A stretch of 64,000 nt of DNA from an uncultured Nitrospiraceae bacterium (GTDB taxonomy: Bacteria > Nitrospirota > Thermodesulfovibrionia > Thermodesulfovibrionales > UBA6898): the NCBI GenBank assembly GCA_963811165.1, contig CAWEQH010000004.1:672001-736000 (forward strand), written 5' to 3'. The notes beneath the pieces are model-generated. The model was not told the origin of the DNA. It did not search any database and saw only the letters and a list, made by a program, of their open reading frames with translations. Positions 18,843 to 28,521 of this stretch are shown here, piece by piece. Numbering within the stretch: the stretch's first letter is position 1; each line of letters begins with the position of its first letter. The position numbers were made by a program, and so were the translations under genes.

Positions 18843-19630
18843 GCCGGAATAAAGAGCGAGCCCAGGAAATAGTCCCAGATTAGTATCAGCACGGACGACA
18901 TCACTACCGCCGAGGTCGTGGCCCTGCTGACGCCTTCTGCCCCGTAGCCAGTATAGTATCCCTTATAACAGCAGACCCACGAGACGATGACTCCGAAACT
19001 AAGCGCCTTGTATAATCCTACCCTGATGTCTCCCATGTTGACGAAGAGCTCCATCTGCGAAAAATATGTCCCCGAACTCAGCCCCAGAAGTTTTACCCCT
19101 ACGAAATATCCCCCATAGATGCCGATGAGATCGAAGATCGAGGTCAGAAGCGGGAAGGTGATGATAGCCGCGACGATATTGGGAGCGATCAGGTACCGCA
19201 TCGGGTTAAGGGCCATGGAGGTGAGGGCGTCTATCTGTTCCGTGATCCTCATGATGCCGATCTCGGCGGTGAGGGCCGACCCCGCTCTGCCGGTGACCAT
19301 CAGAGCCGAAAGCACAGGGCCCAGTTCCCTGATAATGGAGAGCGCAACCGCAGGACCGAGCATCGCCTCGGAACCGAATTTCCTGAGCGTATAAAATATC
19401 TGAAGCGAAAGGACCATGCCGGTGAAGGAACCCGTCAGCAAAATGACCATCATCGATTTACTCCCGAAAAACCGTATCTGCCTTAAGAGCATATTGAATT
19501 TGAAGGGCGGCTTGAATATTATATAGACCGCATTTACGAGGAAGACGAACATATGCCCCAACCCCTTCAGAAGGGAAAGGAACCATGCTCCGATCGCACG
19601 AATGCAGACTGTCATGTCCATTATGGTCAT
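18839..19630 (-). CDS. mlaE: Mla ABC transporter permease
   Basis: RELGPVL, GRAGSALTAEIG.M..TEQIDAL, GAEGVSRATT. Confidence 0.92.
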   Translation of the reverse strand: MTIMDMTVCIRAIGAWFLSLLKGLGHMFVFLVNAVYIIFKPPFKFNMLLRQIRFFGSKSMMVILLTGSFTGMVLSLQIFYTLRKFGSEAMLGPAVALSIIRELGPVLSALMVTGRAGSALTAEIGIMRITEQIDALTSMALNPMRYLIAPNIVAAIITFPLLTSIFDLIGIYGGYFVGVKLLGLSSGTYFSQMELFVNMGDIRVGLYKALSFGVIVSWVCCYKGYYTGYGAEGVSRATTSAVVMSSVLILIWDYFLGSLFIPA

Positions 19631-19757
19631 ATTGTGTACACCCGCTGTCCTCTCATTTTATCTAACGAGTACATTAAAGTGTATTCGATTATTCTATCCT
19701 GTGCAACGCTTGAGCGACGTGCCGAAGCATCAAAGGAAACGAAGGCCCTGTCGGTGT

Positions 19758-20666
19758 TTACCTCTGTTCCACTGCGTATCCTTTTGCCCTCAGCAACTCG
19801 ATAATGCCTTTTTTCCCGACGAGATGGGCTGCCCCCACAATGACGAAACAGGTGTCTTTTGACCGGAGGAAGTCCTCGACCTTGGCCGCCATGCTCCGGT
19901 TCCTTGCATAAATGAGTTTCTCGTAGATAGACGCCATCTCCTGGTCCGGGCCGTAACCCTTTGCCATTATCGACTCCAGTCCCTTCGCATCTCCGGTCCT
20001 CCAGGCCTGAAGCAGCCTGTCCGATTCTGTGTCCAGGGTGTCCAATTCCTTTATCGTATGGACCAGGAATGCTTCCTGTTCGGCATCGGAGAAATTGTTC
20101 AGAAGGTCCGCCTGCTGATCGATACTCTCCAGTTCCACGATCCTCTTCTGGGCCGCCTTCGAGAGGAAGTGCATGTCTATGCCGTATTGTGGTTCGAAGC
20201 CGGATTTAAGCAGCTCAAGCGCGGTAAGCGTCAACGCCAGAAACCATGGCTTCTCCTTGGCCAGGATCTCCGCGGGAAGGCCGTACTTCCCGAATTCACC
20301 CGTCACCAGCTCGTACGTCTGGCGCGATACATGCTTTTCGATCGTATCTTCGCCAGGATAAAATACGCTGTCTATGAACTTCGAGAAATAGAGTTTGTCG
20401 GGGTCGTTCACGTTCGCCTCGACCGCCAGGACGTTTGACCTGCTGAAGGCGTCTTCTATTGAGATAGGTAACGGGTAGGCGTCTTTTCTCAGGTAATGGA
20501 TCGAACCCAGAAGATATACCGTGGCGGTCTTCGAAGTGGCCTTCCACATAAAGTTTTTTTGAGAGGCCGGTTCGGCGTGCCGGGGACTGAGAAACGCGGC
20601 GGATACGAAGATAATAAAAAAGACGCACAATAATTTCAGGTTCTTGGTTATCGTGAGCGGTTTCAT
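19758..20666 (-). CDS. TraB/GumN family protein
   Basis: Signal peptide, YLLGSIH, GID, ELES, RN..M and VGAAHL motifs. Confidence 0.88.
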   Translation of the reverse strand: MKPLTITKNLKLLCVFFIIFVSAAFLSPRHAEPASQKNFMWKATSKTATVYLLGSIHYLRKDAYPLPISIEDAFSRSNVLAVEANVNDPDKLYFSKFIDSVFYPGEDTIEKHVSRQTYELVTGEFGKYGLPAEILAKEKPWFLALTLTALELLKSGFEPQYGIDMHFLSKAAQKRIVELESIDQQADLLNNFSDAEQEAFLVHTIKELDTLDTESDRLLQAWRTGDAKGLESIMAKGYGPDQEMASIYEKLIYARNRSMAAKVEDFLRSKDTCFVIVGAAHLVGKKGIIELLRAKGYAVEQR

Positions 20667-20736
20667 ATGCGCAAATTATACCACGGACTTTGGCAAAGCG
20701 ATTTTTTTTCAGCCGACGGACCTCTTGGGCAAGTTC

Positions 20737-20760
20737 GGGCGTGGTTAATCACGCCCCTAC
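20737..20760 (-). repeat. GTAG-type REP-like palindrome
   Basis: Minus strand reads GTAG-GGGCGTGA-TTAA-CCACGCCC: a GTAG tetranucleotide followed by an imperfect GC-rich palindrome. Confidence 0.6.
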
Positions 20761-20808
20761 TGCAACTCCGAATGCCCGACACCTCACCTAGCCTATAGTA
20801 TTCATGCG

Positions 20809-20931
20809 GGAAGAAGGGGACTGTCTTTGAGCGGCTTCAATTTCTCGTATTGACCCGCTGGCGGGTCGAGAAATTGCCTCGGAGGTCGATTCGACCGAGA
20901 ATGATGAGCGAAAAGATTGTCCCCTTCTTCC
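20809..20931. repeat. Nested inverted-repeat element (MITE-like or structured RNA)
   Basis: Outer 13-bp perfect IR GGAAGAAGGGGAC/GTCCCCTTCTTCC encloses CAATTTCTCG/CGAGAAATTG, GACCCGC/GCGGGTC and GGTCGA/TCGACC stems. Confidence 0.6.
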
Positions 20932-21034
20932 GATGCCCACTGCCGTGGAGACGGCAAATTGACTGTGGCTGCACCTCATGATATTCTTTTGTCAAAGATT
21001 GCAGCCGCTCAAAAATATAGAATGAGGAGGGCCT

Positions 21035-22312
21035 ATGCCTTTTAATTTCGTATTGCCCGACCTGGGCGAGGGAATCACCGAGGGAGAGGTAAGGAAGTGG
21101 ATCGTCAAGGAAGGGGACAACGTCGAGGAACATCAGACCGTACTTGAGATAGAGACGGACAAGGCTGTCGTTGAGGTGCCCTCTCCAAGAAAGGGAAGGG
21201 TTCTGAAAATCAACAAAGAAGTCGGCGAGATCGCCAAGGTGGGCGATGTACTGATGTCAATTGCCGAAGAGGGCGAGGCGGTCGAAGAAAAGAAGCCGGC
21301 CGAAGCGAAAAAGGCTGGAGAGAAAAAAGAGGAAAAGGAAAAATCTGTTTCGGTTGTAGGCGTGCTGCCTGAGGAAGAGGAAGAAGCCGAACCGCGGAAA
21401 AAGGAAAAGGAGAAATCGGTTTCGGCCGCAGGTGTGCCGTCTGAAGGGGAAGAAACAGTGCTTGCGACACCGGCCGTCAGGGCCGCGGCAAAGGAACTAG
21501 GCGTAGACCTTTCGAAGGTGAAGGGGACGGGCCCCGAGGGGAGCATCACAAAGGAAGACCTGGCTTCAGCCGCCCCATCGAAGGAAAAAAGGGCCGAGGA
21601 CGTATTCGGGCCGGTGGAACGCATGCCGCTCAGGGGCCTCAGAAGGACGATAGCCAAGAACCTTATCGCTTCGCAAAAGACCACAGCGTTTGTGACAGGG
21701 ATGAACGAGGTGGACATCACGGACCTTTGGGACCTGAGGGAGAAGGAGAAAAAGCCGCTTTTGGAAAAGGGGGTCCATCTTACCTTTCTGCCTTTTTTTA
21801 TCAAGGCCGTCATCCACGCCCTTGCCGAGCACCCGATGCTCAATTCCTCTCTCGATGACGAAAGGGAAGAAATCGTCATAAAGAAATATTACGCAATCGG
21901 TGTTGCGGTGGATACCCCCGACGGACTCATGGTGCCGGTCATAAAGAACCCCGCCGGCAAAACGATCCTCGAACTTTCCCTTGAGATCCAGGACCTGAGC
22001 GTGAAGGCGAGGGAAAGAAAAATAAAACTCGAGGAGATGAAGGGCGGCACCTTCACGATAACGAACTACGGCCATTTCGGCGGCTATTTCGCCACCCCGA
22101 TCATCAACTATCCCGAGGCCGCGATCCTGGGGACAGGCATGATAACAGAAAAGCCGTGGGTAAAAAACGGCAAGATCGTCGTACGAAAGATCCTGCCGCT
22201 TTCGCTCACCTTCGACCACAGACTGACAGACGGCGTCGACGCGTCAAGGTTCCTTGCGAAGGTGTCGGGGTATCTGGAAGACCCGGCCCTGATATTCATC
22301 GAAAGCGCATGA
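21035..22312 (+). CDS. pdhC: Dihydrolipoamide acyltransferase E2
   Basis: One lipoyl domain (ETDKA), E3-binding domain (ATPAVR...GTGPEG), catalytic DHRLTDG. Confidence 0.92.
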   Translation: MPFNFVLPDLGEGITEGEVRKWIVKEGDNVEEHQTVLEIETDKAVVEVPSPRKGRVLKINKEVGEIAKVGDVLMSIAEEGEAVEEKKPAEAKKAGEKKEEKEKSVSVVGVLPEEEEEAEPRKKEKEKSVSAAGVPSEGEETVLATPAVRAAAKELGVDLSKVKGTGPEGSITKEDLASAAPSKEKRAEDVFGPVERMPLRGLRRTIAKNLIASQKTTAFVTGMNEVDITDLWDLREKEKKPLLEKGVHLTFLPFFIKAVIHALAEHPMLNSSLDDEREEIVIKKYYAIGVAVDTPDGLMVPVIKNPAGKTILELSLEIQDLSVKARERKIKLEEMKGGTFTITNYGHFGGYFATPIINYPEAAILGTGMITEKPWVKNGKIVVRKILPLSLTFDHRLTDGVDASRFLAKVSGYLEDPALIFIESA

Positions 22313-23643
22313 GGCCTCTTACCCCTCTTTTCGAGCCGAAATCCATCGCCCTTGTCGGCGCCGCCCATACAGAGACGAGGCTCGGCGGGGTTGTGCTCAA
22401 GAATCTCCTTGGGTTTAAGGGGAAGGTCTATCCCGTAAACCCCAAGTATGACGAACTAATGGGAATCAAGGCATATCGAAGCATTGCCGATATCCCGGAG
22501 ACCGTGGACCTCGCACTGGTCTTGAGGCCTGCCCCGGAAGTGCCTGAAATACTCAGGGAATTTAAGGAAAAGGCGAGGTGCGTGATCGTGATGAGCTCGG
22601 GCTTTGCGGAGGTGGGCGAGACCGCCCTCCAAGACGAGGCGGGGCGCGCCGCAAAGGATGCCGGTTTCAGGGTCGTAGGTCCCAACTGCATGGGGCTCTA
22701 TAATCCCCACCGCTCGCTCGATACTTTTTTTCTGCCGAAGGAGAGGCTCCGAAGACCAAAGAGGGGCAATGTAGCGATAGTCTCGCAAAGCGGCGCGATC
22801 CTGTCCTGTCTTTTGGGCGCGCTCCAGGAAGCCAACGCCGGCGTGTCGAAGGCCATCGGCTACGGAAACGCGATCGATGTCGCGGAATCGGACCTCTACG
22901 ACTATCTCGCCCATGATAAAAAGACCGAGGTGGTTGTCTCTTATATCGAGTCGGTTGGCGACGGCAGGAGGTTCATCGAAAGCGCAAGGGAATTGACCGG
23001 AAAAAAACCGCTTCTCGTTCTTAAATCGGGCAAGGGGGCGGGCGGACAGGCGGCTGCCTTTTCCCACACCGGCAGGCTTGCGGGCAGGTATGAGGTCTTT
23101 CATTCCATAGTAAGGCAATCCGGCATACGCGAGGTCTCTGATTTCGACGAGCTCATGGAAGCGACCAAGGCGCTGTCGTATCAGAGGCAGTCAAAGGGAA
23201 ACAGGGTCTGCATTATCACCAACGGGGGAGGGTCCGGTGTGCTTGCGGCGGATGAATGCATGAGACAGGGACTTGATGTGGTCGGCATATCTGCCGAAAA
23301 GAAAGCGCGGCTTCACCGTCTCTTCCCGAATTTCTTTGTGGTCAATAACCCCGTGGACCTGACCGCTCAGGTGACGGACGAAGACTATGTAACAGTGCTC
23401 GATGAACTCGCCGATGATTACGACGGTTTTCTTATCATCTCCCTTCCTAACGTCTCCGGTATTACCGTAAATCTGGGAGATCTGCTCGCAAAGGCAAAGA
23501 AAGATTTGGACAAGCCTATCACCGCCAATATAGCCCAGAGCGGGATTACCGGAAAGATCATCTCTATACTCGAAAGGGCAAGGATACCGGTATATCCCTC
23601 CCCCGAAAGTGCGGTAAAGGGACTGAAGGCATTATTGTCGTAG
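22309..23643 (+). CDS. Acyl/acetate-CoA ligase (ADP-forming) alpha-subunit-like CoA-binding protein
   Basis: PKSIALVGA, YPVNP, GPNCMG, SQSG, phospho-His SHTG, TNGGG, NPVDL. ATG at 22309 overlaps the E2 stop (ATGA). No ATP-grasp domain. Confidence 0.85.
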   Translation: MRPLTPLFEPKSIALVGAAHTETRLGGVVLKNLLGFKGKVYPVNPKYDELMGIKAYRSIADIPETVDLALVLRPAPEVPEILREFKEKARCVIVMSSGFAEVGETALQDEAGRAAKDAGFRVVGPNCMGLYNPHRSLDTFFLPKERLRRPKRGNVAIVSQSGAILSCLLGALQEANAGVSKAIGYGNAIDVAESDLYDYLAHDKKTEVVVSYIESVGDGRRFIESARELTGKKPLLVLKSGKGAGGQAAAFSHTGRLAGRYEVFHSIVRQSGIREVSDFDELMEATKALSYQRQSKGNRVCIITNGGGSGVLAADECMRQGLDVVGISAEKKARLHRLFPNFFVVNNPVDLTAQVTDEDYVTVLDELADDYDGFLIISLPNVSGITVNLGDLLAKAKKDLDKPITANIAQSGITGKIISILERARIPVYPSPESAVKGLKALLS

Positions 23644-23769
23644 AGGTTCAACTTATGCAGAGCCACGTTCCAAAAAACTTTATGATGTCGTGCCATCCCC
23701 TGGATTTTGTCCTCAAAACCGCATGAATTTTAAAGACAATAATCCCCGTTTGCATTATAATTACATAAG

Positions 23770-24492
23770 ATGAAAAAAGGTATTTACATACTGCCCAATT
23801 CCCTCACCCTTTGCGGCATGTTTTTCGGCTTCTTTTCGATACTTAATGCGATCAAGGGAAACTTCGAATTTGCCGCGTGGGCCATTTTTATTGCGGGCGT
23901 CTTTGACGGACTCGACGGATGGGTGGCACGGCTTACGAACAGCACCACAAGATTCGGCATTGAACTCGATTCACTTTCCGACCTCGTTGCCTTCGGAGTT
24001 GCGCCTTCTGTGCTGGTATATAAATGGTCGATCTCCCCTTTCGGCAGGATAGGATTTGCGGCCGCATTCCTGTTTACCGCGTGCGGGGCGTTGAGGCTGG
24101 CACGTTACAACGTACAGATGGGGTCTGCTGAATCGAAGGCGTTCACAGGAATGCCGATCCCGGGGGCGGCTGGCGTGCTTGGGGCGATGGTGCTGTTCTA
24201 TGAAAAAATCTGGCATGGGGTGCCCGAGGGAAATATATTCATGCTGATCCTCACCATATTCCTTTCGATTCTTATGGTCAGTACGCTGAGGTTCCACGGC
24301 CTGAAGGAGATCGATTTCAAAAAGAGAAAACCCTTCTCGATACTGGTGGTGATTGTGGTCGTCTTTGTGGCGTTTGTGACCCATCCCCCTCAGACGCTTT
24401 TTGTTTTCGCGATGGTCTACCTTGCCTGGGGAATTATTGAAAATATATACTTGATATACCGTAAACGGAAAAAACAGGTTGTCAGAGGATAA
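23770..24492 (+). CDS. pssA: CDP-diacylglycerol--serine O-phosphatidyltransferase
   Basis: DGLDG.VAR...FG.ELDSLSD.VAFGVAP, RLARYN, F.GMPIP. Confidence 0.93.
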   Translation: MKKGIYILPNSLTLCGMFFGFFSILNAIKGNFEFAAWAIFIAGVFDGLDGWVARLTNSTTRFGIELDSLSDLVAFGVAPSVLVYKWSISPFGRIGFAAAFLFTACGALRLARYNVQMGSAESKAFTGMPIPGAAGVLGAMVLFYEKIWHGVPEGNIFMLILTIFLSILMVSTLRFHGLKEIDFKKRKPFSILVVIVVVFVAFVTHPPQTLFVFAMVYLAWGIIENIYLIYRKRKKQVVRG

Positions 24493-24495
24493 GTC

Positions 24496-26001
24496 ATGAG
24501 AAAGATAAGGATTTTCGATACGACTCTGCGCGACGGAGAACAGTCGCCGGGGGCGTCCATGAATGTCGAGGAAAAGATCCAGGTGGCCAAACAGCTTGCC
24601 AGCCTGAGGGTGGACATTATCGAGGCGGGTTTTGCGATAAGTTCCCCGGGAGACTTTGAGGCGATAAAGAGGATAGGCGGCGAAATAGAGGGTCCTATCG
24701 TCTGCAGTCTTGCAAGGGCCAAAGAGGAAGACATCACGCGGGCCTGGGAGGCACTGAAGGACGCACCGAAAAGGCGGATCCATACCTTTCATTCGACATC
24801 CGACATCCATCTGAAATACCAGTTCAGGGTGAGCAGGGAGGAAGCCCTGAAGAGGTCCGTTACGATGGTGCAACTGGCGAGGAGCTATGTGGAAGACGTC
24901 GAATTCTCTCCGATGGATGCCACGAGGACAGAGCTCGGCTACCTTCTGGAAGTGGTTGAGGCGGTTGTTGCCGCAGGGGCCTCCACGGTGAATATTCCCG
25001 ACACGGTCGGCTATACCACCCCGCAGGAGTTCGGTGAGATCATCAGCGCAATCAAAAAAGTGATAGGCGATAAGGCGGTGATCTCGGTCCATTGCCATAA
25101 CGACCTCGGTCTTGCCGTCGCAAATTCCCTGGCCGCGATCTCAAACGGCGCCGGACAGGTGGAATGTACCATTAACGGTATCGGCGAAAGGGCCGGCAAT
25201 TGTTCCATGGAAGAGGTCGTCATGGCGCTAAAGACGCGAAAAGATTTCTTCAATGCCGGCACCGGCATCAATACCAAAGAGATCGTCCGTACGAGCAGGC
25301 TTGTATCGAAGATAACGGGCATACCTGTTCAGCCCAACAAGGCGATCGTGGGCGCTAATGCCTTTGCCCATGAGTCGGGAATACATCAGGACGGCCTTTT
25401 AAAGGAAAAAATAACGTACGAGATCATGAGGCCCGAGGATATCGGCCTGCAGAGCACAAAACTCGTGATGGGAAAGCACTCCGGCAGGCATGCCTTTAAG
25501 ACCCGGCTCAAGGAACTGGGCTTTGCGCTGAGCCAGGAGGAATTGGACAGTCTCTTCGAGAAGTTCAAGCGGCTTGCCGACCAGAAGAAGGACATATATG
25601 ACGAAGACCTCGAGGCGCTTGTTTCAGAGGCGACCGCCAGGACGCCTGAACGATACAGCCTCGTAGATCTCAGTGTTACGAGCGGGCTTACCCAGAAACC
25701 TACGGCCATGGTCAAGATAAAGATTGGCGAGGAGATCTTCGACAGGATGGAGCACGGCGACGGCCCTGTCGATGCTACCTATAAGGCGATAGTGGCGATC
25801 ACCAGGACGGAGAGTACGCTTCTAAAATTTGAAGTCAAGAGCATCACCGGCGGTACGGATGCGCTTGGAGAGGTCTCGGTCTCCCTCGAGGAAGAGGGCA
25901 GGGTCGTCAGGGGAAACGGGGCCGATACGGACATCATCGTTGCCGCGGCAAAGGCATACATAGACGCCCTGAACAAACTTGCGGCGCGGAAGACCGCATA
26001 A
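24496..26001 (+). CDS. leuA: 2-isopropylmalate synthase
   Basis: DTTLRDGEQ, HCHNDLG, GERAGN, HESGIHQDG, C-terminal regulatory domain (GPVDA). Confidence 0.95.
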   Translation: MRKIRIFDTTLRDGEQSPGASMNVEEKIQVAKQLASLRVDIIEAGFAISSPGDFEAIKRIGGEIEGPIVCSLARAKEEDITRAWEALKDAPKRRIHTFHSTSDIHLKYQFRVSREEALKRSVTMVQLARSYVEDVEFSPMDATRTELGYLLEVVEAVVAAGASTVNIPDTVGYTTPQEFGEIISAIKKVIGDKAVISVHCHNDLGLAVANSLAAISNGAGQVECTINGIGERAGNCSMEEVVMALKTRKDFFNAGTGINTKEIVRTSRLVSKITGIPVQPNKAIVGANAFAHESGIHQDGLLKEKITYEIMRPEDIGLQSTKLVMGKHSGRHAFKTRLKELGFALSQEELDSLFEKFKRLADQKKDIYDEDLEALVSEATARTPERYSLVDLSVTSGLTQKPTAMVKIKIGEEIFDRMEHGDGPVDATYKAIVAITRTESTLLKFEVKSITGGTDALGEVSVSLEEEGRVVRGNGADTDIIVAAAKAYIDALNKLAARKTA

Positions 26002-26094
26002 AGGGCTCTCTGCAGCAGTGCGGTAGCAAAACGGTTTGATTTTACATATAATTGTCATAACGCAATTTAAATACAGCTGATATGGAGGAAGAAT

Positions 26095-28521
26095 ATGCCG
26101 CCCAAACCACTTGGCAGCGAGGAACTTTATTCATGCTGCGACCCGGGATTATTTAAGTTTTCTACTACAGACGAACTTCCGGAACTTACCGAAACGATCG
26201 GTCAGGTCAGGGCTTTGAACGCGATAGATTTCGGGCTGAACCTCGACAGTAAGGGCTTTAACATTTACGTGCTGGGTGAAAATGGCACGGGAAAATCGAC
26301 GACGATTAAAGCTATTCTTAACAAGAAGGCGGCGGAGGAGCCGGTCCCCACAGACTGGTGCTACGTCTACAATTTCAAGGAGCCCGATATCCCGCTGGCC
26401 ATTTCCATGGAGCCGGGGAGGGCCTCGGTATTCCATAAGGACATGGAGGAGCTCATAAAGATCCTCAGGGTCGAGATACCGAAGATATTTGAGTCGAAGG
26501 AGTACGAGAAACAGAAAAACCAGATACTCGAGGAGTTTCAGCAGAAGCAGAAACAGATGTTCTCCGGACTTGAGGAGGAGGCCCAGTCCAAGGGGTTTTC
26601 GATAAGGAAAACGGTCAGCGGACTGATGATCGTACCTATCAAAAAGAGCGGCGAACCCCTTACGGAGGAAGAGTATGAGGCGCTCGATGAAAAGACAAGG
26701 GCCAAGATAGACGAGATCGGCAAGGGGCTCCAGGAGAAATTGAACGATATCGTCCGCGAGGTGAGGGAGAGTGAAAAGAACGTCAAAAACGCCCTTTCTA
26801 AGCTTGAGAGGGACGCCACGCTCTCTGCGGTCGGCCACTTTATGGAAGATCTGAAAAACAAGTATAGGGACCATGAGAAGATAACCACGTACCTCTTGGC
26901 CGTGACAGAGGACATTCTCGAACACATCGATGATTTTAAGTCCCAGGAAGAGCAGACGCCGCCCCTTCCTTTTATGAAGATGCAAAAGACGGAGCCCACG
27001 TTTACACGGTATGTCGTAAACGTCCTTGTCAACAATGAGGACTGCTCCGGGGCGCCCTGCGTTTTCGAAAGCAACCCGACGTATTTCAACCTCTTCGGAA
27101 GGCTTGAATACAGGTTCCAGTACGGCGTGGCAACGACCGATTTTTCGATGATAAAGGCCGGGTCCCTTCATAAGGCCAACGGCGGCTACCTCGTGATAAA
27201 CGCCCTTGATCTTCTGAGAAATATGTTCTCCTATGAGACGCTGAAGCGGGCGCTCAGAAACAGGGAGATCAAGATAGAGGACATCTGGGAGCAGTACCGG
27301 CTGATGTCGACGACGACCCTTAAGCCTGAGGCGATACCTCTTAACGTGAAGGTAATACTTATCGGTGTCCCGTACCTCTATTATCTGCTTTACAGCATGG
27401 ACGATGAGTACCGGGAGTTGTTCAAGGTGAAGGCCGATTTCGACAGCAGGATGGACAAGACCGCGGAAACGGTCGGGAAATATGCCTCCTTTGTCGCCAG
27501 CACCTGCAAGCAGGGAAACTACCTTCCCTTCGACCGCTCCGGCGTCTCAAAGATAGTGGAGTATGGATCGAGGCTGGCAGACCATCAGGGCAAATTGTCC
27601 TCCAGGTTCAGCGAGATCGCCGACGTGATCAGGGAGGCGAATTACTGGGCGAAGAAGGCCGGGGAAGGGGTCGTCAAGGACGAACACGTGGAAAAGGCCC
27701 TTAGGGAGCGGGTATACAGGGTCAATAAGATTGAAGAGCGCCTGCAGGAGATGATCGTAGAGGGGACCCTGATAATCGATACCGAAGGCGAGAAGGTGGG
27801 TCAGATAAACGGCCTCGCCGTTATGGGGATGGGGGACTACCAGTTCGGGAAACCTTCGAGGATCACTGCAAGTACCTACGCCGGAAAGGCCGGGGTCGTC
27901 AACATAGAGCGCGAGACGAAGATGAGCGGCAAGATTCATGAAAAGGCGGTACTTATCATTACGCATTTCATAAACAGCACATATTCCAGGAAGAAGCCCG
28001 CCAGTTTTTCGGCCTCGATAACCTTCGAGCAGCTATACGATATGATCGAGGGTGACAGCGCCTCCTGCGCGGAACTCTATGTGATTCTGAGCAGCCTTGC
28101 CGGGCTTCCCTTAAAGCAAAATCTTGCGATTACGGGGTCTATGGACCAAAACGGAGATGTCCAGCCTATAGGCGGCATAAATGAAAAGATAGAGGGGTTC
28201 TTCGATCTCTGCAAGGTCCGCGGCCTTGACGGCACGCACGGGGTGGTCATGCCGCGAAAGAACGTCAGGCACCTCATGATCAAGCAGGAGGTTGTAGAGG
28301 CGGTAAAGGAAGGGAAGTTCTTTATCTACGCGATAGACAAGGTCGGAGAGGGGATGGAGATATTCACCGGCCTGCCGATGGGAGAGCTCGGGGACGACGG
28401 GACTTATCCCGAAGGCACGGTAAATTATCTGGTGGCCAAGAGGCTTGCCGAGATATCCGAGGCGATGAAGGACAAGAAGGATGAGTCGAAGGACAAAGAA
28501 AAAGAAAACGATGACAAATGA
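26095..28521 (+). CDS. Lon-like (LonB/LonC-type) AAA protease, S16
   Basis: GENGTGKS, HKANGGYL, GQINGL, EGDSAS (catalytic Ser), GGINEKIEG (catalytic Lys). Confidence 0.9.
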   Translation: MPPKPLGSEELYSCCDPGLFKFSTTDELPELTETIGQVRALNAIDFGLNLDSKGFNIYVLGENGTGKSTTIKAILNKKAAEEPVPTDWCYVYNFKEPDIPLAISMEPGRASVFHKDMEELIKILRVEIPKIFESKEYEKQKNQILEEFQQKQKQMFSGLEEEAQSKGFSIRKTVSGLMIVPIKKSGEPLTEEEYEALDEKTRAKIDEIGKGLQEKLNDIVREVRESEKNVKNALSKLERDATLSAVGHFMEDLKNKYRDHEKITTYLLAVTEDILEHIDDFKSQEEQTPPLPFMKMQKTEPTFTRYVVNVLVNNEDCSGAPCVFESNPTYFNLFGRLEYRFQYGVATTDFSMIKAGSLHKANGGYLVINALDLLRNMFSYETLKRALRNREIKIEDIWEQYRLMSTTTLKPEAIPLNVKVILIGVPYLYYLLYSMDDEYRELFKVKADFDSRMDKTAETVGKYASFVASTCKQGNYLPFDRSGVSKIVEYGSRLADHQGKLSSRFSEIADVIREANYWAKKAGEGVVKDEHVEKALRERVYRVNKIEERLQEMIVEGTLIIDTEGEKVGQINGLAVMGMGDYQFGKPSRITASTYAGKAGVVNIERETKMSGKIHEKAVLIITHFINSTYSRKKPASFSASITFEQLYDMIEGDSASCAELYVILSSLAGLPLKQNLAITGSMDQNGDVQPIGGINEKIEGFFDLCKVRGLDGTHGVVMPRKNVRHLMIKQEVVEAVKEGKFFIYAIDKVGEGMEIFTGLPMGELGDDGTYPEGTVNYLVAKRLAEISEAMKDKKDESKDKEKENDDK

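Noticed and set aside
22156..22308. Extended N-terminus of the CoA-binding protein
   Set aside because: It overlaps E2. ATG 22309 with an ATGA overlap fits the family N-terminus.
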